Virus record (IMG/VR): IMGVR_UViG_3300025009_000051
Coordinates: 64,001-128,000 of that record
DNA from: a virus
Length of the DNA: 64,000 bases
Direction: 5' to 3' (one strand)
The notes under the pieces were generated by a model that saw only the letters and a program-made list of their open reading frames with translations, was not told the origin of the DNA and made no database searches. A program made the translations under genes and the position numbers. Positions 48,605 to 57,229 of this stretch are shown here, piece by piece; the stretch's first letter is position 1; the number at the start of each line of letters is the position of its first letter.

Positions 48605-48862
48605 TTAAACTTCCATATCTTTTATTTTCTTGTACATATAGGTAAATTCTTCAATACTTATATCTAATCCTTTTAAAATATTATAGATAATAGCGATTTG
48701 TTGGTTTTTATTTAAATTAATCTTCTTAACTGTATCTGTAAATTTTTCTAAAAACTTTGTAAGATTTCCAGGTATTCTAACTTCTGCATAATCTACTTCT
48801 TTTAATTGTTGCTTTAATTCTTCTCGAATTATTTGTCTGAGCTTGATTTCGTTTTTATCCAT
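48605..48862 (-). CDS. Leader-module protein (probable internal head protein)
   Basis: MDKNEIKLRQIIREELKQQLKE; TATATTTATT upstream. Confidence 0.6.
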   Translation of the reverse strand: MDKNEIKLRQIIREELKQQLKEVDYAEVRIPGNLTKFLEKFTDTVKKINLNKNQQIAIIYNILKGLDISIEEFTYMYKKIKDMEV

Positions 48863-48903
48863 TGTTTTATTTTTAATAATAAATATAAAAATAATTTTTT
48901 TAT

Positions 48904-49782
48904 TTACTTTCTTACTCCTGAACTTCTTCCACTATTTGAATTACCGGAATTACTTCTATTATTATTGGTATTCGTGTTTATATTAAAATTAGAATTATTA
49001 TTTGAATTAGTATTTCTATTATAATTTGTAGAAGAATTTGTATTGGTAGAATAGTTAGAATTTGAATTACTGTAATTTGGTTTTACATTTGTCGTCCTAT
49101 TTGAATTAGAGTAATTATAATTTGGTTTTGTTGTATTGTTTGGTCTGACATAATTATTTTGATTATTCTGATTTGTGTTGGTATTTATTCTATTTTGGTT
49201 TGTAGTATTATTTGTTGATATTCTATTATGATTATTGTTTGTCGTTATATTATTTGAGTTTGTTCTAATCACATTATTTCTATTATCTGAATTAACTGTT
49301 TTATATTCGTGATTTGGTCTGATTGCATCATTTCTAACAATATTATTTCTTTCTCCTACATTTGTTCTATATCTATTTCCATAAGAAGAATAATTCTGAT
49401 AATAATTGTGATAATTGTAATTATAATAACCATTATAATATCCATTCCAATAACCATTATAATATCCATTCCAATAATTTTCATAATAATACCAATTGTA
49501 ATAAGAATATGAATAATAGTAAGAAGGATAATAATAAGTTGGATAATACCAATAATCATAAAAATAATAATCAAAATAAATATAATCTCTATGAAATCTA
49601 TCTATTCTTGAATTATAAGAAGAATAATTATAAATGTAAATGTCTACATCAGATTGATTTGTTTCTACATATATTGTGTCATTATGTTCTGGATAAGAAT
49701 CATCATAATATTGAACTACTTGAGTGGTCATACAAGAACTCAGAATAAATATTATACTGAGTAATAAGAATAATTTTTTCAT
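48904..49782 (-). CDS. Lipoprotein with Tyr-rich and Asn/Ser/Arg-rich low-complexity regions
   Basis: Lipobox LSSC; YWNGYYNG repeats; N-rich tail. Confidence 0.75.
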   Translation of the reverse strand: MKKLFLLLSIIFILSSCMTTQVVQYYDDSYPEHNDTIYVETNQSDVDIYIYNYSSYNSRIDRFHRDYIYFDYYFYDYWYYPTYYYPSYYYSYSYYNWYYYENYWNGYYNGYWNGYYNGYYNYNYHNYYQNYSSYGNRYRTNVGERNNIVRNDAIRPNHEYKTVNSDNRNNVIRTNSNNITTNNNHNRISTNNTTNQNRINTNTNQNNQNNYVRPNNTTKPNYNYSNSNRTTNVKPNYSNSNSNYSTNTNSSTNYNRNTNSNNNSNFNINTNTNNNRSNSGNSNSGRSSGVRK

Positions 49783-49982
49783 TTGATTTAATTTTAATTG
49801 GTTATAATATTATATAAACAAAAAACGTACAAATATTTATTCTTTGTACGTTTTATTCATTTGTATTATATTAATTTAACGAAATTATACAAAAATATAT
49901 TGATTTATATAAATTTATTGTTTGAAAAAAATTAGGTTCTTTTTTTATTTTTTATAGTTATATGTATAAAAAGAATGTATAA

Positions 49983-51176
49983 ATGTTAAAAGCAATTAAA
50001 ATAAGAATATATCCAAATCAAGAACAAATGAATTATATAAATAATTTATTAGGATCTGCAAGATTTGTTTATAACAACTGCTTGGCATTTAAGATTGATT
50101 CTTATAACAACGAAAAGAAAAATGTTGGATTCGCTGAATTAGGTAGATATTTGACTGAATTGAAACAGAAAGAAGAATTTATTTGGTTAAAAGATGTACA
50201 TGCTAAGGTCTTGCAGCAATCTCTAATTAATCTAAATCAAGCTTATTCTAATTTTTTTAAAAATGGATTTGGATTTCCTAATTTCAAGAGTAGGAAAAGC
50301 TACAAGCAATCTTGTAGATTTCCGAAAGATGCAATTGGTAAGATTGAAGAAAATAAAATAACTTTGATTAAACAATTAAAAAATATTCCATTTAGATGCT
50401 CTGAAAGAGATAAAAATTATTTGAACTCTCATCAAGAAAATATTCATTCTGCGACACTCTTAAAAACTAAAACAAATAAATATTATCTTTCAATTTTAAT
50501 TGATTTTGAGTTAAATAAAAAATTAAAAGAAACAGAAAAAATCATTGGAATTGATCTTGGAATTAAAAATTTTATTGTAACTTCTGAGAATGAAAAAATT
50601 GAAAATATTAAAATTATTAGAAACAATCAAGAAAAATTAAAAAAATTACATCAAAATTTATCAAAGAAGAAAAACGGATCAAAAAATAAAGAGAAAGCAA
50701 GGATCAAATTGGCCAGATTCAACGAAAAATTAAACAACAAAAAAGAGTTTTATTTGCATCAAATATCAAATCAATTATTAGATGAAAACCAAGTCATAAT
50801 AATGGAAGATTTAGATATTAAGAGCATGCTTCAAAATCATCAATTAGCTCGAAGTATCCAAGAATTGTCTTTATATACATTTAAATCAATCTTGAAATAC
50901 AAAGCTAAATGGTATAATAGAGACATCATTGAAATCAATAAATTCTTTCCTTCGTCAAAATTATGTTCTTCTTGTGGTTACAAGAAAGATGATTTAGAAT
51001 TAAAAGACAGAAATTGGACCTGTCCAGAATGTGGAGCAGAACATGAAAGAGATTTAAATGCAGCTAAAAATATTTTGAAAGAAGGAAAGAGAATATTAGA
51101 AATAAAAGAAAACAAAATAGGGCTGAGTAGGCCCGAATCAACGCTTGTGGAGAGCAACTCATTAGAGTCTCGTTGA
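49983..51176 (+). CDS. tnpB: TnpB RNA-guided endonuclease (IS200/IS605 OrfB) with an intact catalytic triad
   Basis: HTH KIRIYPN; RuvC-I IGIDLG, RuvC-II IMEDL, Zn ribbon CSSCG...CPECG, RuvC-III RDLNAA. Confidence 0.95.
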   Translation: MLKAIKIRIYPNQEQMNYINNLLGSARFVYNNCLAFKIDSYNNEKKNVGFAELGRYLTELKQKEEFIWLKDVHAKVLQQSLINLNQAYSNFFKNGFGFPNFKSRKSYKQSCRFPKDAIGKIEENKITLIKQLKNIPFRCSERDKNYLNSHQENIHSATLLKTKTNKYYLSILIDFELNKKLKETEKIIGIDLGIKNFIVTSENEKIENIKIIRNNQEKLKKLHQNLSKKKNGSKNKEKARIKLARFNEKLNNKKEFYLHQISNQLLDENQVIIMEDLDIKSMLQNHQLARSIQELSLYTFKSILKYKAKWYNRDIIEINKFFPSSKLCSSCGYKKDDLELKDRNWTCPECGAEHERDLNAAKNILKEGKRILEIKENKIGLSRPESTLVESNSLESR

Positions 51177-51240
51177 AACAAGAAAAAATTCATATAAAGA
51201 TTTTTATATGAAATTTAATACTATATTGACTATAATCTCT
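51111..51240 (+). ncRNA. Cognate omegaRNA/right end overlapping the tnpB 3' end
   Basis: Stem gggct/ggccc, tcaacg/cgttga pairing, terminal hairpin ttcatataaa-gatt-tttatatgaa at 51189-51212; boundary approximate. Confidence 0.75.
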
Positions 51241-51280
51241 AATCTGACTCAAAAGATGTGTGGCACGATCGCCAAATTGT

Positions 51281-51580
51281 CTAATACAGATATAAATCTA
51301 AAACTTCGTCTGAACAAGGTACACATTTTAAAATATTTTCTTTTGAAATTAATTTATCTCCAGAATTTCTAACATATTCTTCATTAAACTTGGACCAGTG
51401 GCAATAAATTGCCCAATCATTTCCATATCCCTTTACCGCAACCCATCTTAATTCTCCCCCAGCTCGTGTCATAAATAATCCTTCTGGACTATTTGGTAAA
51501 ACTCCTGTTCCTATTTCTTCTCCAGGTAAAATTTTATTAAATTCTTCTAAGGTTAATTGTTTCATGTCTTTATTATTCAT
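51281..51580 (-). CDS. Hypothetical phage protein
   Basis: LRWVAVKG...DWAIYC motif. Confidence 0.55.
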   Translation of the reverse strand: MNNKDMKQLTLEEFNKILPGEEIGTGVLPNSPEGLFMTRAGGELRWVAVKGYGNDWAIYCHWSKFNEEYVRNSGDKLISKENILKCVPCSDEVLDLYLY

Positions 51581-51740
51581 ATTTTATTCCTCTCCTTTTT
51601 AATTCATCTATTCCTTCATTCATTAATTTAAAAGAATTGCTACGATATTCCTCTAATTCAGGCTTTCCAGTGCACAAACTGAATACTTCTTTAAGCTTAA
51701 CTGTAAGATCAATTAAACTCGATGTTGGTAATGTTTCCAT
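51573..51740 (-). CDS. Hypothetical protein (start corrected to 51740)
   Basis: Follows a host-type promoter. Confidence 0.5.
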   Translation of the reverse strand: METLPTSSLIDLTVKLKEVFSLCTGKPELEEYRSNSFKLMNEGIDELKRRGIKYE

Positions 51741-51766
51741 GTCTTTATTATTTAATGTTCGTTTTA

Positions 51767-51798
51767 CAAATATATAGATAATAAATGAAAGAAACAAA
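51767..51798 (-). promoter_or_regulatory. Bacteroidota sigma-A type promoter
   Basis: Minus strand TTTG-N20-TATATTTG. Confidence 0.8.
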
Positions 51799-51803
51799 TA
51801 ATT

Positions 51804-51971
51804 TTATTGATCTTCTTCGGTTAATATGTTTAAATCTGTTAAAAAATTTTCCACCTTCTCACATGATTCGCCAAGCAAGAAAAGGTAGGTGGCATCATAA
51901 ATTAAAGTTTTCATTTGTTCGCTTGTTGCACTACTAAATGCTGTTTCTAATTGTTTTGTATCAATTTTCAT
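51804..51971 (-). CDS. 55-aa protein, paralog A (not in the ORF track)
   Basis: MKIDTKQLETAFSSATSEQMKTLIYDA...NFLTDLNIL. Confidence 0.6.
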   Translation of the reverse strand: MKIDTKQLETAFSSATSEQMKTLIYDATYLFLLGESCEKVENFLTDLNILTEEDQ

Positions 51972-52043
51972 AACTAATATATTAGGTTAATAAATATATT
52001 GAATTATAGTAAAAATCTTTGAAAAAACCGAATAATTATCCGC

Positions 52044-52205
52044 CTATTTTTTAATTAAAATTTGTAAATCAATTAGAAAATTTCTATTGCTTTCTGAGGC
52101 GTCTCCAGATAAATAATTATTTACAGCATTGTAAATTAAAGTTTTCAGATGCTCACTTTTTTCAATTTCAAATATTGTTCGTAATAATGTGGTATTAATT
52201 TTCAT
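52044..52205 (-). CDS. 53-aa protein, paralog B (not in the ORF track)
   Basis: MKINTTLLRTIFEIEKSEHLKTLIYNA...NFLIDLQIL. Confidence 0.6.
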   Translation of the reverse strand: MKINTTLLRTIFEIEKSEHLKTLIYNAVNNYLSGDASESNRNFLIDLQILIKK

Positions 52206-52224
52206 AATTCTTATTTTTTAGTTA

Positions 52225-52443
52225 TTAAACAGACTTTTGCAACACTAACCAACTTTCTGGTAAGAACTGACGTATATTGTCAGCATCATACATATAAAAC
52301 CCTTCTTCGTTATAATATGCTTTGGTACTGAAATGAGCGAAAGTTGCTTCTCCGTCTGGAATTAAAAAATAAGCACGTTTCATAACATCGGATATATCTA
52401 ATTCCGATACGTGTCCTAATAAAGTGTTTTCGTTTTCTGGCAT
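52225..52443 (-). CDS. Hypothetical protein
   Basis: 72-aa ORF. Confidence 0.45.
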   Translation of the reverse strand: MPENENTLLGHVSELDISDVMKRAYFLIPDGEATFAHFSTKAYYNEEGFYMYDADNIRQFLPESWLVLQKSV

Positions 52444-52592
52444 TTTTCTATTTATTTAAGTTTATAGTAATTAAAAAATCTGAACTAAAATATATCCAAG
52501 AACAGTTAATAAATATATTGAATTATAGTAAAAATTTTTGAAAAAAACAAATAAAAAATAAAAAAATTATATTTATTTAAAACACTATAAAA

Positions 52593-52889
52593 ATGGCAAA
52601 AACAAAATTAAAATTCAGTGATTGGAGAATATTTGAATTCTTAAAAGAAGATAATGGTAGATTTAGCTCTGCAAGATTATTTGCTTTTTTTATAATATTT
52701 AATGCTATTCTTGAATGGCAAAATGCTATTTGGAAAAGTATAGCTTGGACTCCTTCTTGGGAAGAAATATCATTGATTGCAGGTGTATTAGGATTTAAAA
52801 TAGTTCAAAAATCATTTGAAGAAAAGAAAAGTAACAATAATATTCCTACTAAAGAGGATAAAGAAGAAGCTGAAGAAGTTAAAATCTAA
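52593..52889 (+). CDS. Putative holin-like membrane protein
   Basis: Two hydrophobic helices, charged C-terminus, phage-type promoter, same operon as the amidase. Confidence 0.45.
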   Translation: MAKTKLKFSDWRIFEFLKEDNGRFSSARLFAFFIIFNAILEWQNAIWKSIAWTPSWEEISLIAGVLGFKIVQKSFEEKKSNNNIPTKEDKEEAEEVKI

Positions 52890-52924
52890 AAAATAAACAT
52901 AAATAAACATAAATAATTATAGCT

Positions 52925-53491
52925 ATGGAAAACAAAAAAATCGTTCACTTTTATTATATTTTTAAAAATAATAATAAAATAAATTACATGGTGTCGTTTG
53001 AAGAAAATTCAGAAGATATAAAAGAAAAAATTTCAGATTGGGGCAAAAAAAATGGATTGACAATTTTAAAAATAGAAATTGTTGGATATTCTAATGGATT
53101 TAAAGAAGACACAGGCAATGCAAAAAAATTAGATAATTTAGCGCATAGAGAAGGAAAAAAAGAAGTAGAGAATTATAGAAAGAAAGACATGAATGAGCAA
53201 AAAATAAAAATCATGAAACCAGAATTAAAACTCAAATTACAAAAAATAATCAAAGAAGAATATCAAAAACTTCTTGCTGAAGATGATAGATGGATTCAAA
53301 AAGCAACTAAAGATTCTTCTAAAGGGAATTTACATAAAGCATTAGGAATACCAGTAGATGAGAAAATTGGTATTACAAGAATGAATAAAGAACTTGCTGC
53401 ATTGAAAAAGAAATATCCAGACGGGGGTTATTCTAAAGGAGATTTAAAATTACAACGAATGCTGCAGGCAGCCATAAATATGCAATCATAA
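52925..53491 (+). CDS. Probable internal head protein with an internal leader (ATG 53213)
   Basis: KLQKIIKEEYQKLLAE followed by WIQKA...KGNLHKALGIP. Confidence 0.5.
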   Translation: MENKKIVHFYYIFKNNNKINYMVSFEENSEDIKEKISDWGKKNGLTILKIEIVGYSNGFKEDTGNAKKLDNLAHREGKKEVENYRKKDMNEQKIKIMKPELKLKLQKIIKEEYQKLLAEDDRWIQKATKDSSKGNLHKALGIPVDEKIGITRMNKELAALKKKYPDGGYSKGDLKLQRMLQAAINMQS

Positions 53492-53514
53492 ATAAAAAAT
53501 AAAATAAAAAAGTC

Positions 53515-54165
53515 ATGAGCACAATCACAACTAAATCAATCGTGCAAATAAATTTTCCCGAGTCACAGTTCAAAAAAGTTATCACGGATAAGAATCAAAT
53601 CACACTTCACCATACAGTCAGTGGAGATAACGCACAAGGAGTTGCAGACTGGTGGAAATCAAATCCGGAGCGGGTGGCAACTTGTATTATCATTGAAAAA
53701 TCTGGTGTTCCATTCCAATGCTATAGCTCCCAATATTATGGGTATCATTTGGGCGTGAAAGCAGCTACCTTTAAAAAATATAATTTAGAATATAAATTGC
53801 TCGACATGTATTCGATAGGAGTCGAACTATGCTCTTGGGGAGGATTAGTTAAAAGAGGAGATAAATTTTATAATGCCTATGCTGGGGAAGTTAAAGCTAA
53901 AGATGTTATAGAAATGGATTATAGAGGATATAAATACTTTGATAAATATTCAGATGCACAAATAAATACCTTAAAGGAATTATTAATTTATTGGGGCAAA
54001 ACCTATGATATACCTTTAGACTATTCTGAAGATATGTGGGAATTTAATTTAGATGCCTTGAAGGGAGTTCCTGGAATTTATAGCCATACGAGTTATCGTG
54101 AAGATAAGAGTGATTTGTATCCAGATCCACGAATTATTGAAATGTTAAAATCGTTGAAAAAATAA
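53515..54165 (+). CDS. N-acetylmuramoyl-L-alanine amidase (Amidase_2), probable endolysin
   Basis: ITLHHT, SIGVELC, YSHT..R.DKSD..P. Confidence 0.85.
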   Translation: MSTITTKSIVQINFPESQFKKVITDKNQITLHHTVSGDNAQGVADWWKSNPERVATCIIIEKSGVPFQCYSSQYYGYHLGVKAATFKKYNLEYKLLDMYSIGVELCSWGGLVKRGDKFYNAYAGEVKAKDVIEMDYRGYKYFDKYSDAQINTLKELLIYWGKTYDIPLDYSEDMWEFNLDALKGVPGIYSHTSYREDKSDLYPDPRIIEMLKSLKK

Positions 54166-54175
54166 TTATGGTTGT

Positions 54176-54694
54176 ATGATTAAATTAAAATCATTATTAA
54201 AATTAAATGAAGTCGGCGATGCTTCGGCTCAAGCTTATCCTGTAAAAAATTTAGACCAGGTAATAGAATTGTTTAAAAATTCGGTTAAGATTAAATATGG
54301 AACTCACGATGAAATATTTTTTAAGACGAATTCAAATGACAGATACATTATAGATTTGAACATTACTCTGGAAAATAATAATAATTTTAATTTAGATATT
54401 TCATTTAGTACTTCAAATTCAATAGAAACCGGTTCCTACGATTATTCCTTAACAAATAAACCCAAAGAATTATTTAAGGTTATGTCAACCATTACAACTA
54501 TAATAAAAAAGATTGCAGAAGCAATCCCAGAAATAACTACAATATCATTTGAACCCGCTAAGAAGGAAAGTGAACAAGATACTTCCGCATTAAGAACAGA
54601 TAGGGCTAAACTATATATGGCATTTATTAAGAAGGCAGTTCCAAATGCAAGGGTAATGACTAATGGTTCTGAAATTACTATTAAGATAAGGTAG
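54176..54694 (+). CDS. Probable virion-packaged protein
   Basis: Leader MIKLKSLLKLNE; FKVMSTI...ISFEPAK...RAKLY. Confidence 0.5.
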   Translation: MIKLKSLLKLNEVGDASAQAYPVKNLDQVIELFKNSVKIKYGTHDEIFFKTNSNDRYIIDLNITLENNNNFNLDISFSTSNSIETGSYDYSLTNKPKELFKVMSTITTIIKKIAEAIPEITTISFEPAKKESEQDTSALRTDRAKLYMAFIKKAVPNARVMTNGSEITIKIR

Positions 54695-54726
54695 AATAAA
54701 TTTGATTAAATTTTTAAATAAAAATT

Positions 54727-55635
54727 ATGATAATATATAAAACAATCAATTTAATTAACGGTAAATTTTATATAGGAAAAGATTCAAAAAATAATCCCGA
54801 TTATTTTGGATCAGGAATAATTCTAAAAAAAGCTATTAAAAAATATGGTAAAGAAAATTTTAAAAAAGAAATTCTAGAATATTGTAATTCTGAAAAGGAA
54901 TTAGATCAAAAAGAAATATTTTGGATTAAAAAATTAAATTCCATTGAGAACGGATATAATATTGCTTTGGGAGGAACTGGAGGAGATACATTTACAAATA
55001 ATCCAAATAAAGAAAAAATTATTCAAAATTTAAGTCAAAAATTAACCGGAGGAAAGTTATCAGAAAAAACAAGAAAAAATATGAGTAATGGTAGAAAGGG
55101 AATGAAATTTTCAGAAGAACATAAACAAAATATAAGTAAAGCTCAAATAGGAATAAAATTTATATATAATATTAAAACAAGACAGATAAGAAAAGTAAAA
55201 AAGAACGAATTAGAAGAATTTTTATTAAATAATTCTGATTGGAAATTAGGAAAAGGAATTACATTAACTAAAGAACATAAAGAAAAATTAAATAACTCAA
55301 GAAGAGGCATAAAATCATCTAATGAGACAAAGCAAAAAATAAGTCAATCAAAAAAAGGAATCAAATTAACAGAAAAGCATAAACAAAATATAAGTATAGC
55401 CCTAACAGGTATAAAATTGTCAAATGAACACAGAAAAAATATGAGTATTTCTCATCAAGGAAAGAAAAGAAAACCTTTTAGCGAAGAAACAAAGAAAAAA
55501 ATGAGTAAAGCAGCTAAAAATAGGCCGGACGTTTCAGATGAAACTAAACAGAAATTAAGTGAAGCTAATAAAGGTAGAATACCTTGGAATAAAGGAATTC
55601 ATTATTCTAAAAATATTAAAGAAAATGAATTATAA
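54727..55635 (+). CDS. GIY-YIG homing endonuclease with NUMOD3 repeats
   Basis: IIYKTINLINGKFYIGKD...YFGSG...GYNI..GG; repeated SxExKxKxS. Confidence 0.9.
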   Translation: MIIYKTINLINGKFYIGKDSKNNPDYFGSGIILKKAIKKYGKENFKKEILEYCNSEKELDQKEIFWIKKLNSIENGYNIALGGTGGDTFTNNPNKEKIIQNLSQKLTGGKLSEKTRKNMSNGRKGMKFSEEHKQNISKAQIGIKFIYNIKTRQIRKVKKNELEEFLLNNSDWKLGKGITLTKEHKEKLNNSRRGIKSSNETKQKISQSKKGIKLTEKHKQNISIALTGIKLSNEHRKNMSISHQGKKRKPFSEETKKKMSKAAKNRPDVSDETKQKLSEANKGRIPWNKGIHYSKNIKENEL

Positions 55636-55797
55636 TTGATTTTTGTGTTTTCGGTCTCGATATAACTTCTTTCTTTGACTTTGATGCGGTCCACCTTTAA
55701 TAAGTCCCACATCAATATTTGATTTATTTAACACTTGAAATTGAGTGAGAGCAATATCATTTTTAGTTATCTTATTTTTTGTTTTAGTTCGTTTCAT
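55630..55797 (-). CDS. 55-aa basic protein (not in the ORF track)
   Basis: MKRTKTKNKITKNDIALTQFQVLNKSNIDVGLIKGGPHQSQRKKLYRDRKHKNQL. Confidence 0.5.
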   Translation of the reverse strand: MKRTKTKNKITKNDIALTQFQVLNKSNIDVGLIKGGPHQSQRKKLYRDRKHKNQL

Positions 55798-55800
55798 ATC

Positions 55801-56907
55801 TTAAACAAATTCAATTTTATCAATACTAAAATGAAAGTTATTAAAATATTTCTTATACACTCTAAACACATCTTCAAGAGTCATAGTATCTAAATAATTT
55901 TCTACGTACCATTCTTTATCCATAAAATATTTTCCAACATTTGAAAATCTATTAATATTATCTTTAGCAAATTCAATTCTATTCAATTGTTTAAATATTC
56001 TAAATCTTTCTTCAGTCAAATATTTTTCTGGATTATCTAAAACATAGTTCAATATCTTTTCTATTTTATTAGCTGATTTAATATCATCTGTAAGAGTTTG
56101 AAAATACAATACTCCTTCTTTATTTGTAATTGGTTCTATCAGCATTGATAAATTATAAACCAATCCATATTTTTCTCGAATTAACTTATATAATGGACTA
56201 TTCAATCCTTCACTTAACATTCCAGATATAAAATCTACAATTGCATAATCATCTTTAATAATATTCTTACTTATAGAAATAATAGATACTTTATTAAAAT
56301 GATTCTTATCTTGTGGTTTATAGGTTGGATTATCTTTAAATTCTATTTCTTTATAATCTTTCCTTGGTAAATATTTTATTTGTTCTTTAAATGGATATGA
56401 TTGAGAAACATTTATAATAGCAGTAGGAGCAGAAAAATATTTAGAATAAAATTCATTTGCTTTTTCATATGTCAAACTTTTTAAATCTTTTATACACCCG
56501 ATTGGTCCATAAAAATTTAAATACTTTCTGAATAAATGTTCATGATGGAAAAACGGTTGTTGATCAAAATAATCGGAATATTCTTGTAGAATTATGCTTT
56601 TTTCATTTAAGAATGTTTTTTTATCTACATTAAATGAAGAAATATTTTCTAGAAATTTATATTTAAATCTATCTATTAATTTATCTAATCCTGTAATATG
56701 AAATGCTATTTCAGTGTTGGTCGTAAAAGCATTATTGGAAATTGCGAATTCATCAAATTTATTATATAAATGCTTATTTTGACCGTGCAGCAAATGCTCC
56801 ATTAAATGACTAACTCCTCTAAATCCTATTTCTTCATTTTGAGTGGCACCATTATAAAGTATATAGAATCCAGCTAATTGAGTTTGTGACGAAATATTAT
56901 ATATCAT
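55801..56907 (-). CDS. M16 (insulinase-family) zinc peptidase
   Basis: GVSHLMEH (HxxEH), NAFT, EK.IILQE, SPLY..IREK.GLVY. Confidence 0.9.
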   Translation of the reverse strand: MIYNISSQTQLAGFYILYNGATQNEEIGFRGVSHLMEHLLHGQNKHLYNKFDEFAISNNAFTTNTEIAFHITGLDKLIDRFKYKFLENISSFNVDKKTFLNEKSIILQEYSDYFDQQPFFHHEHLFRKYLNFYGPIGCIKDLKSLTYEKANEFYSKYFSAPTAIINVSQSYPFKEQIKYLPRKDYKEIEFKDNPTYKPQDKNHFNKVSIISISKNIIKDDYAIVDFISGMLSEGLNSPLYKLIREKYGLVYNLSMLIEPITNKEGVLYFQTLTDDIKSANKIEKILNYVLDNPEKYLTEERFRIFKQLNRIEFAKDNINRFSNVGKYFMDKEWYVENYLDTMTLEDVFRVYKKYFNNFHFSIDKIEFV

Positions 56908-56932
56908 TTTATTTTTATTAATAAATATAAAA

Positions 56933-57229
56933 TTAATTTAAAATTTTAATTCTTTTAGCTAAATACCAAATTCCACCTTGCTTCTCAGGTCTATTCATTA
57001 CAATTGGATTATCTTCAATTTCTACTTTCATCCAAACTCTATTTTTCATAGATAAATGCGGAGCATTCGGTGAACCAGTACAATGCCAATAAGGTCTTAT
57101 TTTAAAATTTTTAGTTGGAATATTTTCTGCTTCTAACCATTCATTTACAGGTAATCTTCTTGTATTATTGATGAATAAAGAAGTGATGTTTCCATCTTTT
57201 AATTTTCTAAATAATTTATATGCAATCAT
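56933..57229 (-). CDS. Hypothetical phage protein
   Basis: AYKLFR...RP.WHC...PHL motif. Confidence 0.55.
   Translation of the reverse strand: MIAYKLFRKLKDGNITSLFINNTRRLPVNEWLEAENIPTKNFKIRPYWHCTGSPNAPHLSMKNRVWMKVEIEDNPIVMNRPEKQGGIWYLAKRIKILN

Noticed and set aside
49309-49748. Ile-rich and Asn-rich ORFs (49309, 49356, 49362)
   Set aside because: Alternative frames of the low-complexity lipoprotein gene; only 48904-49782 has a signal peptide and lipobox.
49983-51176. TnpB as a nuclease-dead TldR-type repressor or a Cas12f CRISPR effector
   Set aside because: The D-E-D triad is intact, no array is adjacent, and an omegaRNA-type right end overlaps the gene.
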